This document shows, piece by piece, positions 63,259-64,000 of a DNA stretch of 64,000 nt. How positions within the stretch are numbered: position 1 is the first letter of the stretch; every line of letters starts with the position of its first letter. The stretch spans positions 1,043,960 through 1,107,959 of the forward strand of contig NW_003314262.1 in the NCBI RefSeq assembly GCF_000143415.4. Direction: 5' to 3'. A program made the translations under genes and the position numbers. The notes below the pieces were generated by a model. That model saw nothing but the letters and a program-made list of their open reading frames with translations. It was not told the origin of the DNA and did not search any database. The DNA is from Selaginella moellendorffii. Lineage: Eukaryota > Plantae > Lycopodiophyta.

Positions 63259-64000
63259 TGCTCTATTTCGTTAAAGTGGGATTTATTCAGTAAAATGGGA
63301 CTAGGTACAAATTTTCAAGTATTTGAAAATGACGTGAAATTATATGTCTTTTGTCCAGGGGCTAGACATATCTGGGGCATGGTGACTAGCGCGGTGACTT
63401 TGTGTCCAGACTAAGTCCATCTGGTTGTATAATAAATCTCATTGTCAAGGTGAACAAGCCGAATCTGAAGCTAAAGAAGAGCAATGGCATGCGCGCACAC
63501 ACTATTTGTTTGTTCATTGAGCGTGTGGTGAGCTTTCCAAAATGAACGTCATTCCTATTAGCCAGACATATAACTTAATGGTGAGAACATTTAGATATTA
63601 TTCAATGTTATCTTTTTCTAACGAATCTAATTGTGAAGGTGTAGCAAGAGGCATTGCTAGTCTGGAGAAGTCATTTAACTCATTTGACCCTTAGTGTATT
63701 TTCATGAAACTAAATAACATTCATATTATTAAGGAATTTCTCTAGTACCTTTTTTTTACGACATAGAGGCTTGCATTTCTTTCAAAGGTGATTTAGTAAA
63801 AGGCCTGAGGGCACATGCCATTCTATTTCTCAGACCGGTATTAAGATATACTAGTGCAAAGGGAAAAAGGTATTTGGTGATCAAGTAAATGGCATGAGGG
63901 CACACACCATTATAAGCCTAAGCGCTAGTGGACACCTCCTTTTTGGTACTCTCAGCGGTACTATCATCCTTCTCCGGGTCAGTTGTTTTGCTTTGGATTG

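Overview
Repeat-rich land-plant genomic DNA. The host genes have very short (about 45-60 nt) introns, which suggests a compact genome such as the lycophyte Selaginella (inference only). The only apparently intact host gene is a multi-exon endosomal-type Na+/H+ antiporter (NHX5/6-like, about 11.1-14.2 kb). Next to it are decayed purple acid phosphatase and acyl-activating enzyme fragments and CACTA-like and Helitron remnants. From 22 kb onward the window is a nested transposon stack: three Ty3/Gypsy chromovirus copies of one family (family A), a related non-autonomous family (family 2), another Gypsy (family 3), solo LTRs and 5S-carrying Cassandra TRIMs. Two observations stand out. (1) A 5.7 kb Mutator-like DNA transposon (38497-44220, TIRs, 8-bp TSD) carries a second, divergently transcribed, intron-containing gene with the motif order of a bacterial-type beta-class N4-cytosine/N6-adenine DNA methyltransferase. 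(2) Family A carries conserved short GT-AG introns inside integrase, plus a candidate leader intron that would splice out the primer-binding site and so separate mRNA from replicable genomic RNA. All calls were made by eye, without database searches.
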